This document shows, one piece after another, positions 1 through 12,044 of a DNA stretch of 64,000 bases. Below the pieces are notes generated by a model that was not told the origin of the DNA, ran no database searches, and saw only the letters and a program-made list of their open reading frames with translations. The stretch is from Squalus acanthias (taxonomy: Eukaryota): the NCBI GenBank assembly GCA_030390025.1, contig CM059432.1, forward strand, positions 23,066,001 to 23,130,000, given 5' to 3'. Position 1 is the first letter of the stretch; each line of letters starts with the position of its first letter. Both the position numbers and the translations under genes were made by a program.

Positions 1-30
1 AAGAAATCAATCTAAAATCCCACACTCACT

Positions 31-767
31 GGGCTAGAAATTCCCCTCGAGCCCCATTTGGGGCGCTAAATCAGAAAAGCTGGAAAAGTTAGCACTAGCC
101 TTTCTAAAATTCCCACTTTTTGCTCCAAGAGGGAAGTGGAATGCTAAATCAAGCGCTCCACTTCCTTCTTGGGGTGCAAGATGGGGGAAATTCGCGACCC
201 GCGGCGCACAGCTCAGCAGCGCCACGCACTGGGCCGCGTGGCACTGACGCGTTGCAGGGGCTCTTCCCTAAATTAAAGTGAAGGGCCCCATGCTGCGAAC
301 TCTGCAGTTTTAAAAAAAAAATTACCTGCAGCACCGGGGAGCGGGGGTGCCGCGCGATCAGCCCGGCACTCAAGCAGAGTGCCGGGCTGACCGATCACGG
401 AACGGACCCCGCATCCGGAGCAAAAACAAAATTTTTCAAAAAAGCTGACATTTTTTTCAGGGCGGCTGGCCACCTCACCTTTAACTTCCGCCCTGCTTGC
501 GTCCATTGCAACAGTCGCTGCCATCGCCCGGCACTGCTGCAGGGGGCGAAGGGGAACTTTTCTGCTGGGACGCTACCGGGGTGATGCGCCCGGAGATGAC
601 ATCATACTCTCCGGGCGCATGAGATCGGGGCATAACCCAGTAGCGCCGCCGCTAACCTCCCACGGAATTTGTCGGGAGGCGCAGTCAACGCCGCGGCCAG
701 GCGAAAAGGCCTTTACGCTCCGTTAGCGCCCCTCACGGGAAGCGCAAAGGAGGGGAATTTCTCCCCC
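31..767 (-). mobile_element. Non-autonomous Harbinger element (MITE)
   Basis: TIRs GGGCTAGAAATTCCCCT / AGGGGAATTTCTCCCCC; TSD ACT (28-30, 768-770); same subterminal motifs as the 32620 element. Confidence 0.85.
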
Positions 768-1484
768 ACTGTGTTTTAAAGAAACATTGAAAACATTAGA
801 GTTTGACACATTCATTTTTCTATAAATAAACTTCCATTTTTTTTTGTTTTGCTGTGGCAGGTCAAATGTCAATTTAACTGACTCCCACTTCTTCTTCATT
901 TGACCCATGTTATCTGTGCTGTCAGAAATAGGGGACATGCATACAGAATGAACAAGCCTCAAGCAAAATTTGAGATTGGAAGCATTCTCTTCGCACAATG
1001 CAGTAAAAATGTTAAATAGATTCCTAACTAAACAGAAAATATTATATTGATTGACTCATTTTAGAAAGAGCTGGATGAATATTTCAGTTAGGTATGGGAC
1101 TGAGGATCGAAATAGGTAAAGTAAAAAATGTCCTTTCAAACATTATAAGGCTGCAAACCTACTAGGAATGTTATCTATGGAATGCAAGCGGTCAAGGTTG
1201 GATAATATAGATTTTCATGACAGATGGGTGTCTTGGAGCTTTTGTTTCACTGCCTTTGATGGTCAGGGAGAAATTTCACAGAACTTTATCTACCGATTCA
1301 GCTTCCTTTAAGGGGTTAAGTAAATAGAGTCCATTGTTGTGGTTATTGTACTTTGTTCAAAAGAACAGCTTGAATGAGCTGAATGAATGCCTTTTTTGAT
1401 TCATATTTTGCTGTGTCCTTACCTTTTTGATGCTAGGATTAGAGTTCGGATTATGATGAGGTTTAGAGTACAGTTTGAGTTTAG

Positions 1485-2040
1485 ATAAAACCCTGGTTAG
1501 ACCACACCTGGACTACTGTGAACAGTTCTAGGCACCACACCTTAGGAAGGATATATTGGCCTTGGAGGGAGGGCAGCGTAGATTTACCAGAATGATACCC
1601 GGACTTCAAGGGTAAAGTTACGAGGAGAGATTACACAAATTAGGGTTGTATTCCCTAGAATTTAGAAGGTTAAGGGGGTGATCTGATCGAAGTTTTCAAG
1701 ATATTAAGGGGAATAGATAGGATAGATAGAGAGAAACTATTTCCACTGGTTGGGGGCATAGTCTAAAAATTAGAACCAGACCTTTCAGGAGTGAAATTAG
1801 GAAACACTTCTACACCCAAAGGGTGGTAGAAGTTTGGAACACTCTTCCGCAAACGGCAATTGATGCTAGATCAATTCTTAATTTTAAATCTGAGATTGAT
1901 TGCTTTTTGTTAACCAAAGGTATTACGGGATATAGGCCAAAGTATATGGAGTTAGATCGCAGATCAGCCATGATCTCATTGAATGGCGGAATAGGCTCGA
2001 GGGGCTGAATGGCCTACTCCTGTTCCCATGTTCCTATGAT
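1485..2040 (+). mobile_element. CR1 LINE 3' fragment
   Basis: Decayed LVRPHL..., VWNTLP, and 3' UTR ggctgaatggcctactcctgttcccatgttcctatg. Confidence 0.85.
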
Positions 2041-2247
2041 TAGGGCTAGAATTGGGGCTGGGGGTTGGTTTCATTTCTACCTGACTACCTCAGGAACCTA
2101 ACATGCAAATCTGTATTTCAGCAAGGCAATTTCCCTTGGCTACGCTTCAAATAGCCTATACACTTAAAGGCAATGTACTGTACTTTATGAAAGATTTGAA
2201 GTCACTTGCATTTGATTTTTTTAAAACACAGATAATATATGAGGTAT

Positions 2248-3481
2248 CTGGAGGCGGGTTGGGAGTGGTGGAGGCTCGAAAGTGATCGGAAACCCAGGAG
2301 AATGGAGTTCCCGCAGGGCCTGCCGAATTTAATGGCAAGCCTGATTAGCATTTGAAAGCTCTGTTTCGCGTCCGCAGCCAGCCAGATGGAGAGGCTGGTT
2401 GGCTGGCTGTCGGTGGGTAGGCCTGTGGCACTAAGCCGTAGAGAGGAGGGAGGTCGGGGGCCGGAGGAGAATCAGGGCCGGAGAATCGAGGCCGGAGGAG
2501 CATCGGGAGGGGTGGTTGGGGGCCGGAGGAGGATCGGGGCTGGAGGAGCATTGGGAGGGGTGGTTGGGAGCCGGAGGAGGATCAAGGCCGGAGGAGCATC
2601 GGGAGGGGTGGTTGGGGGCTGGAGGAGGATCGGGGCTGGAGGAACATCGGGAGGGGTGGTTGGGAGCCGGAGGAGGATCGGGGCTGGAGGAGCATTGGGA
2701 GGGGTGGTTGGGGGCCGGAGGAGGATCAAGGCCGGAGGAGCATCGGGAGGGGTGGTTGGGGGCTGGAGGAGGATAGAGGCCGGAGGAGCATCGGGAGGGG
2801 TGGTTGGGAGCCGGAGGAGGATCAGGGCTGGAGGAACATCGGGAGGGGTGGTTGGGAGCCGGAGGAGGATCGAGGCCGGAGGAGCATTGGGAGGGGTGGT
2901 TGGGAGCCGGAGGAGGATCGGGGCTGGAGGGGGGAAGTGGGAGTCTGGAGGTGGGGGTGGGTGTGGTGGGGGGGGGGGGGGGGGGCTTTGGGCTGGAGGG
3001 GGGATGTTAGAGGCCAGAGGGGGAATCGGAGGCCTCGGAGGGGAGGTCGGAGGCCTCGTGAGGGTTGGAAGGTCAGTGACCTCGGGGAGGTGGGGGGGCC
3101 GGATGACAGGGGGAGATCGGAAGTGTCGGCGGGGGGGCGGGGGGGGGTGTCTGATTGCGGGAGTGGGTGGCGTGGGTGAGGCAGGGACGCTGGATCCCGC
3201 AGTTAAGCATAAAGTCACTTACCTCCTGGATCCAGGTCTTCAACTCACTTGAGCTGGCAGGATCTCCGAGGCCCGGGAAACCCGATCAGCTGGAGTTAAA
3301 TTTGAAATGGTGAATCACCATGAGACACACCAGCCTTATGATAATATTTAAATGGACAACCCGTCTCCTGGGAGTGGGTTGGCTGCCTGTCCCCCGTCCC
3401 ACCTTCATTAAAACCGAAGTCAGCGGTTTGGGGTTGGGATTCAGTTTATTAACTCTTTAACCTCCCATCCGACCCCAACCC
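2248..3481 (+). mobile_element. GC-rich MITE family copy containing a minisatellite
   Basis: Flanking blocks (gccgaatttaa..ctgattagcattt; cagccttatgataatatttaaa; aaaaccgaagt) match 27395-28357 and 45262-46367. Confidence 0.7.
2485..2929. repeat. 48-bp G-rich minisatellite, 9 full copies plus a partial
   Basis: Unit atcgaggccggaggagcatcgggaggggtggttgggggccggaggagg; starts at 2485, 2533, 2581 ... 2917. Confidence 0.93.
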
Positions 3482-3714
3482 ATCACTGGGCATCATTTCT
3501 TGCCTCCGAGTTTCTGTTGAGTTTTTGAACATCTTTGTTTAAACAGTGAGTGCTTCTGAATTAGTGAATGCAACTCTGCAACAGAACTAAATCATTCATC
3601 CACAGCTGACGGACACCAGAGTAAACAATCACAATCTCTGCAGATGTTAATTCAAGTCCTTCACACCGTAACTTTTTTGAAATGAGGTATTGAAGTTGGC
3701 CTCCATCTTTATGG

Positions 3715-4345
3715 GGAACCCAAACCAACCCACTTCCGGTTTTAATGGAGGCGGGTTGGGGGGTGGGGGTGGGTGACCAACGTGCTGTCAGGAAGCGGGC
3801 CGGTCACTAAAATGTTTTAAGGAGGCTGCGTGCCTCCAATTTAACGCAACTTTTAGTTTTAACGGCTGCAGGCCAGGTTTCCCAGGCTTCGGGAAGTCCG
3901 GCAGCTGAAGGGAAGTGTGAAGGGCCCCATCCATTAGGTAAGTGCCTTTGCAGCATTGCTTGTAGGCCAGGAGCAGCAGGGGTGCTTCCTCCCGGCCCAC
4001 CAAGCTTACCTCCATGCGATGGGATCCCCGCGATGAGCTAACACCACCGCACCCCCCCCCCCCCGATATCCAACTCGCCCCCTCCCGCCATGATGTCTGA
4101 CACCCCACTCACGATGTCTGATTTACCCCCCACCCTCATGTCGGACTTAACTCTGCTCCACTCCCCGTCTGCCTTCCTGCCCAATAGCCAGCCAGACTGT
4201 CAATCTGTCTGGCTGCGGCCGGGAGAGCTGTTGATAAAATTTAAAACCGGTCCTGCTGTTAAACTTGACAGGACCTGCTGGAAACCCTTATGTCCGGGAT
4301 TCCCGGCCACAAATCCTCCCCCTTTGCCCCCCACCACCCCGCTCC
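3715..4345 (-). mobile_element. Inverted, diverged relative of the GC-rich MITE family
   Basis: ccacttccggttttaa (3730) is the reverse complement of ttaaaaccggaagtgg (46254); further blocks follow in reverse order. Confidence 0.55.
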
Positions 4346-4619
4346 CTTCCCGCCTCGCCGTTATTGTCGGGGTCACAGAGTCTGTTCCCATTCCAATTGC
4401 CGTGGGAAGGCAGGGCGCCTGGAGGATGGACCAATGGCAGGAGTGTGGGGGCAGGGGGGTTCAGAGGTTGGGAGGTCATGTGATGAAACCTCCAGGAATA
4501 CGCCCAACCAGAGTTGGCAACTCTAAAGCAGGCAATAAATGGAAAGCAGAATAGTACAGCCAAACTGAAGGGATAGTTCTTGGCATGGGAAACTCATCCT
4601 ATAGGCAAGAGTAAATACT

Positions 4620-5221
4620 GTGGCAACAAGAGCAGGTCAGAGGCTAGGTATTCTGCGGCGAGTGTCTCACCTCCTGATACCCTAAAGCCTTTCTACCATC
4701 TACAAGGCACAAGTAAGGAGTGTGATGGAATACTCTCCACTTGCCTAGATGGGTGCAGCTCCAACAACACTCAAGAAGCTCGACACCATCCAGGACAAAG
4801 CAGCCCGCTTGATTGGCACCCCATCCACCAACTTAAATATTCACTCCCTGCACCACCGGTGCACCGTGGCAGCAGTGTGTACCATCTACAAGATGCACTG
4901 CAGCAACTCGCCAAGGCTTCTTCGGCAGCACCTCCCAAACCCGCGACCTCTTCCACCTAGAAGGACAAGGGCAGCAGACACATGCGAACACCACCACCTC
5001 CAAGTTCCCCTCCAAGTCACACACCATCCTGACTTCGAAGTATATCGCCGATCCTTCATCGTCGCTGGGTCAAAATCCTGGAACTCCCTCCCTTCACCAC
5101 ACGGACTGCAGCGGTTCAAGAAGGCGGCTCACCACCACCTTCTCAAGGGCAATTAGGGATGGGCAATAAATGCTGGCCTTGCCAGCGACGCCCACATCCC
5201 ATAAAAAAATGAATAAAAAAA
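4620..5221 (+). mobile_element. LINE family B 3' end
   Basis: Colinear with about 59915-60530; HSLHHR...KKAAHHHLLKGN* and A-rich tail. Confidence 0.9.
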
Positions 5222-6246
5222 GTTTTAAACTGAATGGACTTGAGTTCTGAGGCAAACTCATGCAGCTATTCCTCACCTCATTCTGAGAACAGGTGTTGAA
5301 AACACACAGCCTCATAACAAGGTCTTGCATCATTTCTGACTGTTGCCCTTGTCAGCCTGGCAGCTAAAGCACTTTTGCCCATGTCTTTCTGTCTTAAGTT
5401 AGCTTTTCGAGCAGCTGGCTGTCACTTTACAGGGGCTCACCTCTCCTCACGCCAGGCTGTTATTGGCTGTGGCGGCTCTCAGTGGTCCATGGGTCAGGCA
5501 GTGTCATCCTGAAATAAAACTGAATCATTCAACTGCATCTGGCCAAACCACTACCTCACAGATCAAAATAGCAGTTCATTGAATTACGGGTAATTGTAAC
5601 TCTGTCCACGCACTCTGCTGTACATTAGACTATCAGACGCTTGTAGGTTTAATTGTGGGTTGATATGTGTGAAAACATAAGCACTGGTAAGGACATGTCT
5701 GATGCACAGTAGAGGATTGCGAGAAGTGTTCCACTCACCCAGCTGCCAGCCCTGTCAGGGTTTCTTCAGTTATCTCAGGGTGACAGATTTATGCATGACC
5801 CCATCCCAACTCACAACATCTTCATGGCAGTGGGAATGATAAACATTCTGGGACAGACATCTGTTCCAAATTCACGGATATGTTTGCTATAACCTCTCAC
5901 CTTACTCAAGTTGAAGGATGAACTGAGCAGAGGCCCCATTGTATTTTTTTTTACATTAATTCCCAGGATGTGGGTCACTGGCAAGGCTGACATTTATTGC
6001 CTGTTCCAAGTTGCCCTGATATTGATACAACTGAGTGACTTGCTAAGCCATATCAGACGACAGTTACGAGTCAACCACATGGGTGTGGGACTCGAGTCAC
6101 GTATAGGCCAGACCAAGTAAGGACAGCAAGTTTCCTTCCTTAAAGGACATTACTGATACCAGCTTTTTATTTCCAGATTTTTAAAAACTGAATTGAAATT
6201 CACAAACTGCCATGGTGGGATTTGAAGTCCTATTCTCTGGATTATT

Positions 6247-6730
6247 ACAAAAGCAAAATACTGTGGATGCTGGAAATCTGAAATAAACCAGAAATGCTGG
6301 AAATACTCAGCAGGTCAGGCAGCATCTGTGGAGAGAGAAACAGCGTTAACGTTTCAGGTCGATGACCTTTCATCAGAACTGGAAAAAGTTAGAGCTAAAA
6401 CAGATTTTAAGCAAGGGCAGAGGCAGGGAAAGTGGGGAGGGAAGGAAAGAACACAAGGGAAGGTCTGTGATAGGGTGGAAGGCAGGAGGGATTAAATGAC
6501 AAAAGGTATGATTGTACAAGGCAAAAGGAGATAGTAATGGGAGAAGTAAATAAGCAAAAGATGGGTCTAGAGGAGGTGTAAATGGGAATGGCAGAATCAT
6601 CAACAGCTGCCATCTGAAAAAATGGGGGCAGAGGTTATAGTCTGAAATTGTTGAACCCAATGTTGAGTCCAGAAGGCTGTAAAGTGCCTAATTGAAAGGT
6701 GAGGTGCTGTTCCTCGAGCTTACGTTGAGC
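6247..6730 (-). mobile_element. Penelope-like element 3' fragment (family P1)
   Basis: Minus strand reads AQRKLEEQHLTFQLGTLQPSGLNIGFNNFRL* (GIY-YIG C-terminus), then a pyrimidine-rich UTR and a hammerhead motif. Confidence 0.8.
6344..6380 (-). ncRNA. Minimal hammerhead ribozyme motif (P1 family)
   Basis: AGUU-CUGAUGA-A-AGGUC(AUC)GACCU-GAAA-CG-UU-AAC; palindromic AACGUU. Confidence 0.65.
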
Positions 6731-7390
6731 AAAGTTAGATTGAAAAAGTTACAAAGATGAGAGTGAACCACCAGCTACTCACCATCATTATTTGAAATTT
6801 GATTTATTTTCTTTTGTTAATTTCTCTCCTTCACCTCCTCTCCTGAAGGAATTGTCTCCTTGATGGGGTATAGTTCCATGTGGGCCAGTTTCCTCCAGTA
6901 CTTTGCCCAGATGACCATGATGGTTGATCCTTGACACTGTGTGTTGGTAGGATGCTTGATCACAGGAACCGTCACAGCTGACCCCAAGCTTGTCCCAGCC
7001 AACATCCACACTGGCACACTTTCAGCAGGGGAAAATGGTCAGCAATCAGGAGCAGGATGCACATGGCAATTTTCCTGCCCTAACGTAAGGGCACTAAGGC
7101 TATCTCGGTTCTCCAGGTTTTCTCCTAAACCCCATAATGTGTTGCTGCTCAGCTCTGAGTCATCCTATATACAACTACTTACTTCCAGTACATTTCGGCT
7201 GTGTAGTCTACTTGTGTGTTTGCTGAAAGCAAAAGCTGAGAAATATATGGGTGTTGTTGGCTAGTTCAGCACCTCTGACTACCACCCTGCCTGAATCAAC
7301 TAACTCAGCATAGACTGGGGGCAGAACTTGGGATCTTAAACCTGCCGCTTAAACCTGCTGAACATTCAAGGATTCTTTGTTTTGTTTCAG

Positions 7391-7514
7391 AGATGTGTTC
7401 CCTCAAGGCCTGCCTGATGAATATGCTTTTGTTGCTACATTCAAATTCCGAAAAACTTCAAGAAGAGAAGACTGGTACATCTGGCAAATTATCGACAAAT
7501 ATGGGATTCCACAG
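7391..7514 (+). CDS. COL22A1: FACIT collagen (COL22A1-like) exon, TSPN/LamG domain part 1
   Basis: tttgtttcag|A GAT...CAG|gtatat; 1 nt + 41 codons DVFPQGLPDEYAFVATFKFRKTSRREDWYIWQIIDKYGIPQ, closely resembling collagen XXII TSPN as I recall it. Confidence 0.9.
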
Positions 7515-7854
7515 GTATATTGTCACGTGTTAGCTCTTCATTCAAATGTGATTTGCCCAGGAAAACTGGATAAGTGTGAAGGGTTAGAAGACAACCGTTT
7601 ACTTCGAAATCATGGAATAGATAGCATCCTGCACAGATTAAAAATAGATCTCTCCAATAGCTATATAATCTAATGTGTTCTGGATGGATATGGCTCTATA
7701 GCACAAACTTACTTTTTACAAACTGGTTAAAATTGCTTCACAATGTAAGCATTGTGTGTACTTCCTCTAAGTTGTGCATTGATGTGCATTTTCTGGTGTG
7801 GTTGTGGAAGCATTAACAACTGTGGAGGGATACAGTGTAGTAGTTATAATGAAG

Positions 7855-8024
7855 TAAAAACAGAAAATGCTGGAAATACTCAGCAGGTCAGTCAGCATCT
7901 GTAGAGAGAGAAACAGAGAAACTCTGTTTCTCTCTCCGCAGATGCTGACTGACCCGTTGAGTATTTCCAGCATTTTCTGTTTTTATTTCAGATTTCCAGC
8001 ATCCACAGTATTTTGCTTTTGTAT
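7855..8024. mobile_element. Penelope P1 terminal fragment with inverted duplication
   Basis: Inverted arms about 7855-7918 and 7922-7985; 14-bp direct repeat TAGTTATAATGAAG at 7841-54 and 8025-38. Confidence 0.85.
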
Positions 8025-8039
8025 TAGTTATAATGAAGA

Positions 8040-9000
8040 CTTGGCTTCGGATTGGATAGGTCTGGGAACCTAAGACTCCTGGTTGAAATATTTTCAGGAG
8101 AGATCAAGAGAGTGAAAAAGGGACTGAGGTGGCAGTGTTACTGAAGGATTCTATCACTGCTCTGAAAAGTAAGGACGTCCTAGGATTACATCAAGATCGA
8201 ATACATATGACTAGAGCTAAGAAATAGGAAGGAAATTGTACAATTCCCGATGTGAATTACAGGCCACCAAACAGTGGAAATCAAATAGAGAGGGAGATTC
8301 GCATACAGATCATAGAGATACGCAAGAATAGCAGGGCAACGATATTAAAGATTTTGACCATCCCAAGATAGACTGGAATAAAGGTAATGCATGTCATCAA
8401 AGTGGAGAATTTTTTTTTTAGAATGCATCCCAGACTGCTTCCTGGATCAGTATGTTTCTAATCCAACAATACAAGAAGCATTGCTTTAGTTCTGGGAAAT
8501 GAGACAGAGAACAATTGGGAAATAGTGACCACAACATAAACCTCAATAAAAAAAATAGAAAAGGATAATGAATAGACAAAGATAATAGTGCTGGACTGGC
8601 AAAAGGCAAAGTTCAGCATTGATAAGCAGGGATCTAGCCCAAATTAACTGGGAAGAAGAGTTAGCAAGCAGGTTAATAGGTGAGGAATGGAAAATCTTAA
8701 AACATGAGATGAATAAAATACAAAATACAGTCCTAGAAGGAGAAAGGATCAAAGTATACAGCTCTGTGGATCAATAAAGGGATTAAAACTAAGCTGAAAT
8801 TTACAAGGAAGCATATGATAAAGTTAGGCCTAAAAATACTCATGAGGATTGTAAAAAGTGTAGTTAGGAAGTGAAGAAGGACATTAGAAAGACCAAAAAG
8901 GAATATATAAAAGGCTAGCAGATAATGTTAAAGAACATAATAAGGGCTTTTATAACCAGATAAAAAGTAAAAGAACAGTTAAGGAGAGGGTAGGACTGCT
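8040..9000 (+). mobile_element. Old CR1 endonuclease/linker remnant
   Basis: Degenerate YRPP (tacaggccacca), DFDHPKIDW and SDHN (agtgaccacaac) motifs; many stops. Confidence 0.6.
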
Positions 9001-9276
9001 GCACCATGCCATGAGGATGAAAGCTCTGCTGTACTATTCACCTCTGTTAGTGATGGGATGAAACCTACAAATCCTGCCTTTCCTTCTTTACAACTATCCC
9101 TTATCGTCAAAACACGTTTCATGAACTGGCTTATTCGGGTATTAACCTAATCCACCCGGCTAGAAACTGATTGGATCGGCCACCCATTTTACACCCCACC
9201 CGATTTTACTTTCCATTGAAGTCAAATGTGGCAGAATCAGGCGTGGCTGATGATCTCCATGGTTAAATAGTTAGCC

Positions 9277-9583
9277 AACACGGTGGCATAGTGGTTAGCA
9301 CTGTTGCATCACAGCGCCAGGGACCCTGGTTCGAATCCGGCCTCGGGTGACTGTCTGTGTGGAGTTTGCACATTCTCCCCGTGTCTGCGTGGGTTTCCTC
9401 CGGGTGCTCCGGTTTCCTCCCACAGTCCAAAGATGTGCGGGTTAGGTTGATTTGGCTATGATAAATTGACCCTTAGTGTTAGGGGGGATTAAATACGTGG
9501 GGTTACGGGGATAGGGTGGGATATGTGTCGGTGCAGGCTCGATGGGCCGAAATGGCCTCTATCTGCATTGTGGGGATTCTGTG
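9277..9583 (+). mobile_element. HE1-like V-SINE (tRNA-derived)
   Basis: A box ggtggcatagtggtt, B box ggttcgaatcc, V-domain gtgtggagtttgcacattctccccgtgtctgcgtgggtttcctcc, CR1-like tail gatgggccgaaatggcct. Confidence 0.85.
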
Positions 9584-10002
9584 AACACACATGTGTAAAC
9601 TCAAATATAAAGGTGGCGGTCAATGTCTGTGAAACCATGCCCCAGCATGAGTGAAGGCCTTCAGGAGAGGAACATAGAAAAGGGCAGAATCAAACGTGAA
9701 ATTTTAAAAAAGCAAGAATTGCAGACTCGATCCTTTAAGTCTGGTCTGTTCTGTAACCATCAGCTGTTTCCAGATTCAATTAGTAGGTTGTGAGTTTGTC
9801 ACGGCATCAGCTGGTGTCTGGAAGATGGGATAAATTCGGGCTGTAAGGACCTAGAGTCACACCGAGCAGGGCTGCTTGATCAGATGTGAGATGTTGATAT
9901 TGTTGGTGATAGAATCACTGTGTCAGTGGCCGATACCAGCTTAAGCAGCGAGGCTTCTTTAAGGTTGGAGTGCCCAGTGATGACTTTCTTTGCATTATTC
10001 AG

Positions 10003-10278
10003 GTTTCCATTCGATTAGATGGTGAGAACAAAGCTGTGGAATACAACGCAGTCGGACTGAGGAAGGATGCCGTGAGGACTGTTTTCAGAAACCGAGAAGT
10101 CAGCGGCTTATTTGACCGCAATTGGCACAAGATGGCACTGAGCATTCAGTCGGACAGTGTCTCCCTCTACATCGACTGCAAACTGATCGAAACGCTGCCG
10201 ATGGAAGAACGGGAGAACATCAACATCCAAGGGAAAACAGTCATTGGCAAGCGCCTGTATGACAGTATCCCAATCGAT
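10003..10278 (+). CDS. COL22A1: COL22A1-like exon, TSPN/LamG domain part 2
   Basis: ttattcag|GTT...GAT|gtgagt; 92 codons VSIRLDGENKAVEYNAVG...WHKMALSIQ...GKRLYDSIPID, phase 0/0, in frame with the previous exon. Confidence 0.92.
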
Positions 10279-10381
10279 GTGAGTAGTGTCCCATTTGTGA
10301 TCTTAGATAAGAATGAATGAAAATAAAATGGATCCTGAGTTTAGCCCAAAAAATTATTTTATTTCAACGATTTCAGACAAT

Positions 10382-11030
10382 GGCTTAGAAATTCGATTGC
10401 AGAGTGCCCATTTTTCAGCCACAAAGCAGGCGCTGAAGGGTCCACTATGCCATGTGCTCACTCAGTCTGTGCCGGAAATGCACCACATGCCATACTGGTT
10501 AGGGCACTCTATAGTAGTCCAGGGCACCTGCCTGATATAGGCGTTAGGTCCATTACCTATGCAAATCGGGGTCCTAATGCCTGTTTCAGGCCCCTTTGCC
10601 ATAATGGATTGCGACTAAATACAGCGCCGCACCTGCAGAGGTCAATTTTCGCGGGCGCACAGCAGCCAGACCAGTGGTCCTTAAACGACAGTTGGAGGCT
10701 GCTACTAAAAAGGTAAATGTGGAGCCCGGAGGAGCAAGAATGTTTTTCCGGGCTCTGCATTAAAACTCTAGGTCACTGTCATCTGCCACTCCCTCCCCCC
10801 ATCCCCACCCCACCCCTGCCTCCTGATTTCCTCATCTCTCCCAATTTGCTTGCTGCCCTCGGCCTGCAGCCCAGCCAGCCGATCTCACTTCCCCCTACGA
10901 GTGACAAGCTGCCTCGGAGGCCACGACTGGCTTCCCGCAGCTCCCTGGTAATATACAAAGGAGGCCGCTGGAGTAATTTTCTGTGGTCCTGACACCGGCC
11001 TCATTAGGTGCATGCACCCATCTCTAAAGA
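10382..11030 (+). mobile_element. Degenerate GC-rich MITE
   Basis: GGCTTAGAAATT start; colinear with the two halves of 53140-55498; right end not defined. Confidence 0.5.
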
Positions 11031-11963
11031 TGCGACACTGCCATGATGTGCAAGCTTAGGTTATATGATCGGTTTCTACAGTGGGGTTTGAACCCACAAC
11101 CTTCTGACACAGAGACAAAAGTGCTGCAAACTCTGACATTTATGGAGAGGGACCACGGAATAGAATGGTTTCTGTGCTGCTGGGACTATTGTAATGTCAT
11201 CTATGGGAGCAATCAGTAGGTCAGAGTGATGGAGGAGTAAGGATAAAGGCGTACAATACATTTTTCAAATCAGGAAGAAAATTTACTAGGTCTTCACGGC
11301 CTTAGCAGATCCGTCACGTTTTCTTTGGGGGTTGCTGCCAGCTGAACGAGATTCTCACATTTGGAACCGATGGCATAAGCACCATGTTAACACTTGTACA
11401 AACACAGCTGTAAAGCTGAATAGGAACCCCAGGTTTGATCCCTGGCTTGAACTGAATTAGCTGATGTCAGCGTGCCAGTAAAGATACTACAGCTAACATC
11501 AGTTGGGCTGCGGCGGGGGAGTTCAGCAAGGGTTTGCCCCTCCTTCCTTTTCCATTCTCCTGGAAAATTCCCAAGTGCGAGCAATAGAGGTAAAAGTCAT
11601 TTTTAAATGAAAATAATGGGAAAGTACTTGTTTTTCTGAATGATTAACGACCCACAAAGGAACTTGCGGGAAAAGTGGCTTTGACATGTGCAATTTCTGA
11701 GACTCAATTTCATTAGTGGGTCAATAATTCGGAGTAAAATAGGCATTCTCTTGTTAGTTGATGAAGGAAAAGTTCACTCCCCTTTGACGAGAAGTGGATG
11801 GAGCTGAGTTGTGAGGCCCAAACCCACAGCAGGTAGTGGAAAGCTGGCGTAGAACCTAAAGGAGAGGAAGGTAGAAAAGAAAATGGGTTCAAAATAAATT
11901 TACAAAGTTCATTCATCATTTTCTAAAAAAAAAAATCTGTTGTGCTTCTTTATTTTACTCCAG

Positions 11964-12044
11964 TTTGACCTTCAGCGGATCGTCATTTACTGCGACGCCA
12001 AGGATGCGGAGCTGGATAGCTGCTGTGATCTTCCCAGCAACCCG
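11964..12044 (+). CDS. COL22A1: COL22A1-like exon, end of TSPN domain
   Basis: ttttactccag|TTT...CCG|gtgagt; 27 codons FDLQRIVIYCDAKDAELDSCCDLPSNP (FACIT C..CC motif); too short for the ORF track. Confidence 0.9.

Noticed and set aside
2386..3252. Long Gly-rich and Pro-rich ORFs (288 and 248 aa)
   Set aside because: By-product of a 48-bp stop-free minisatellite; open in several frames, no Gly-X-Y register or splice support
1..7390. Upstream vWA or signal-peptide exons of the collagen
   Set aside because: None found; they probably lie before the window
9277..9350. tRNA gene
   Set aside because: A and B boxes belong to the head of an HE1-like SINE; no complete cloverleaf
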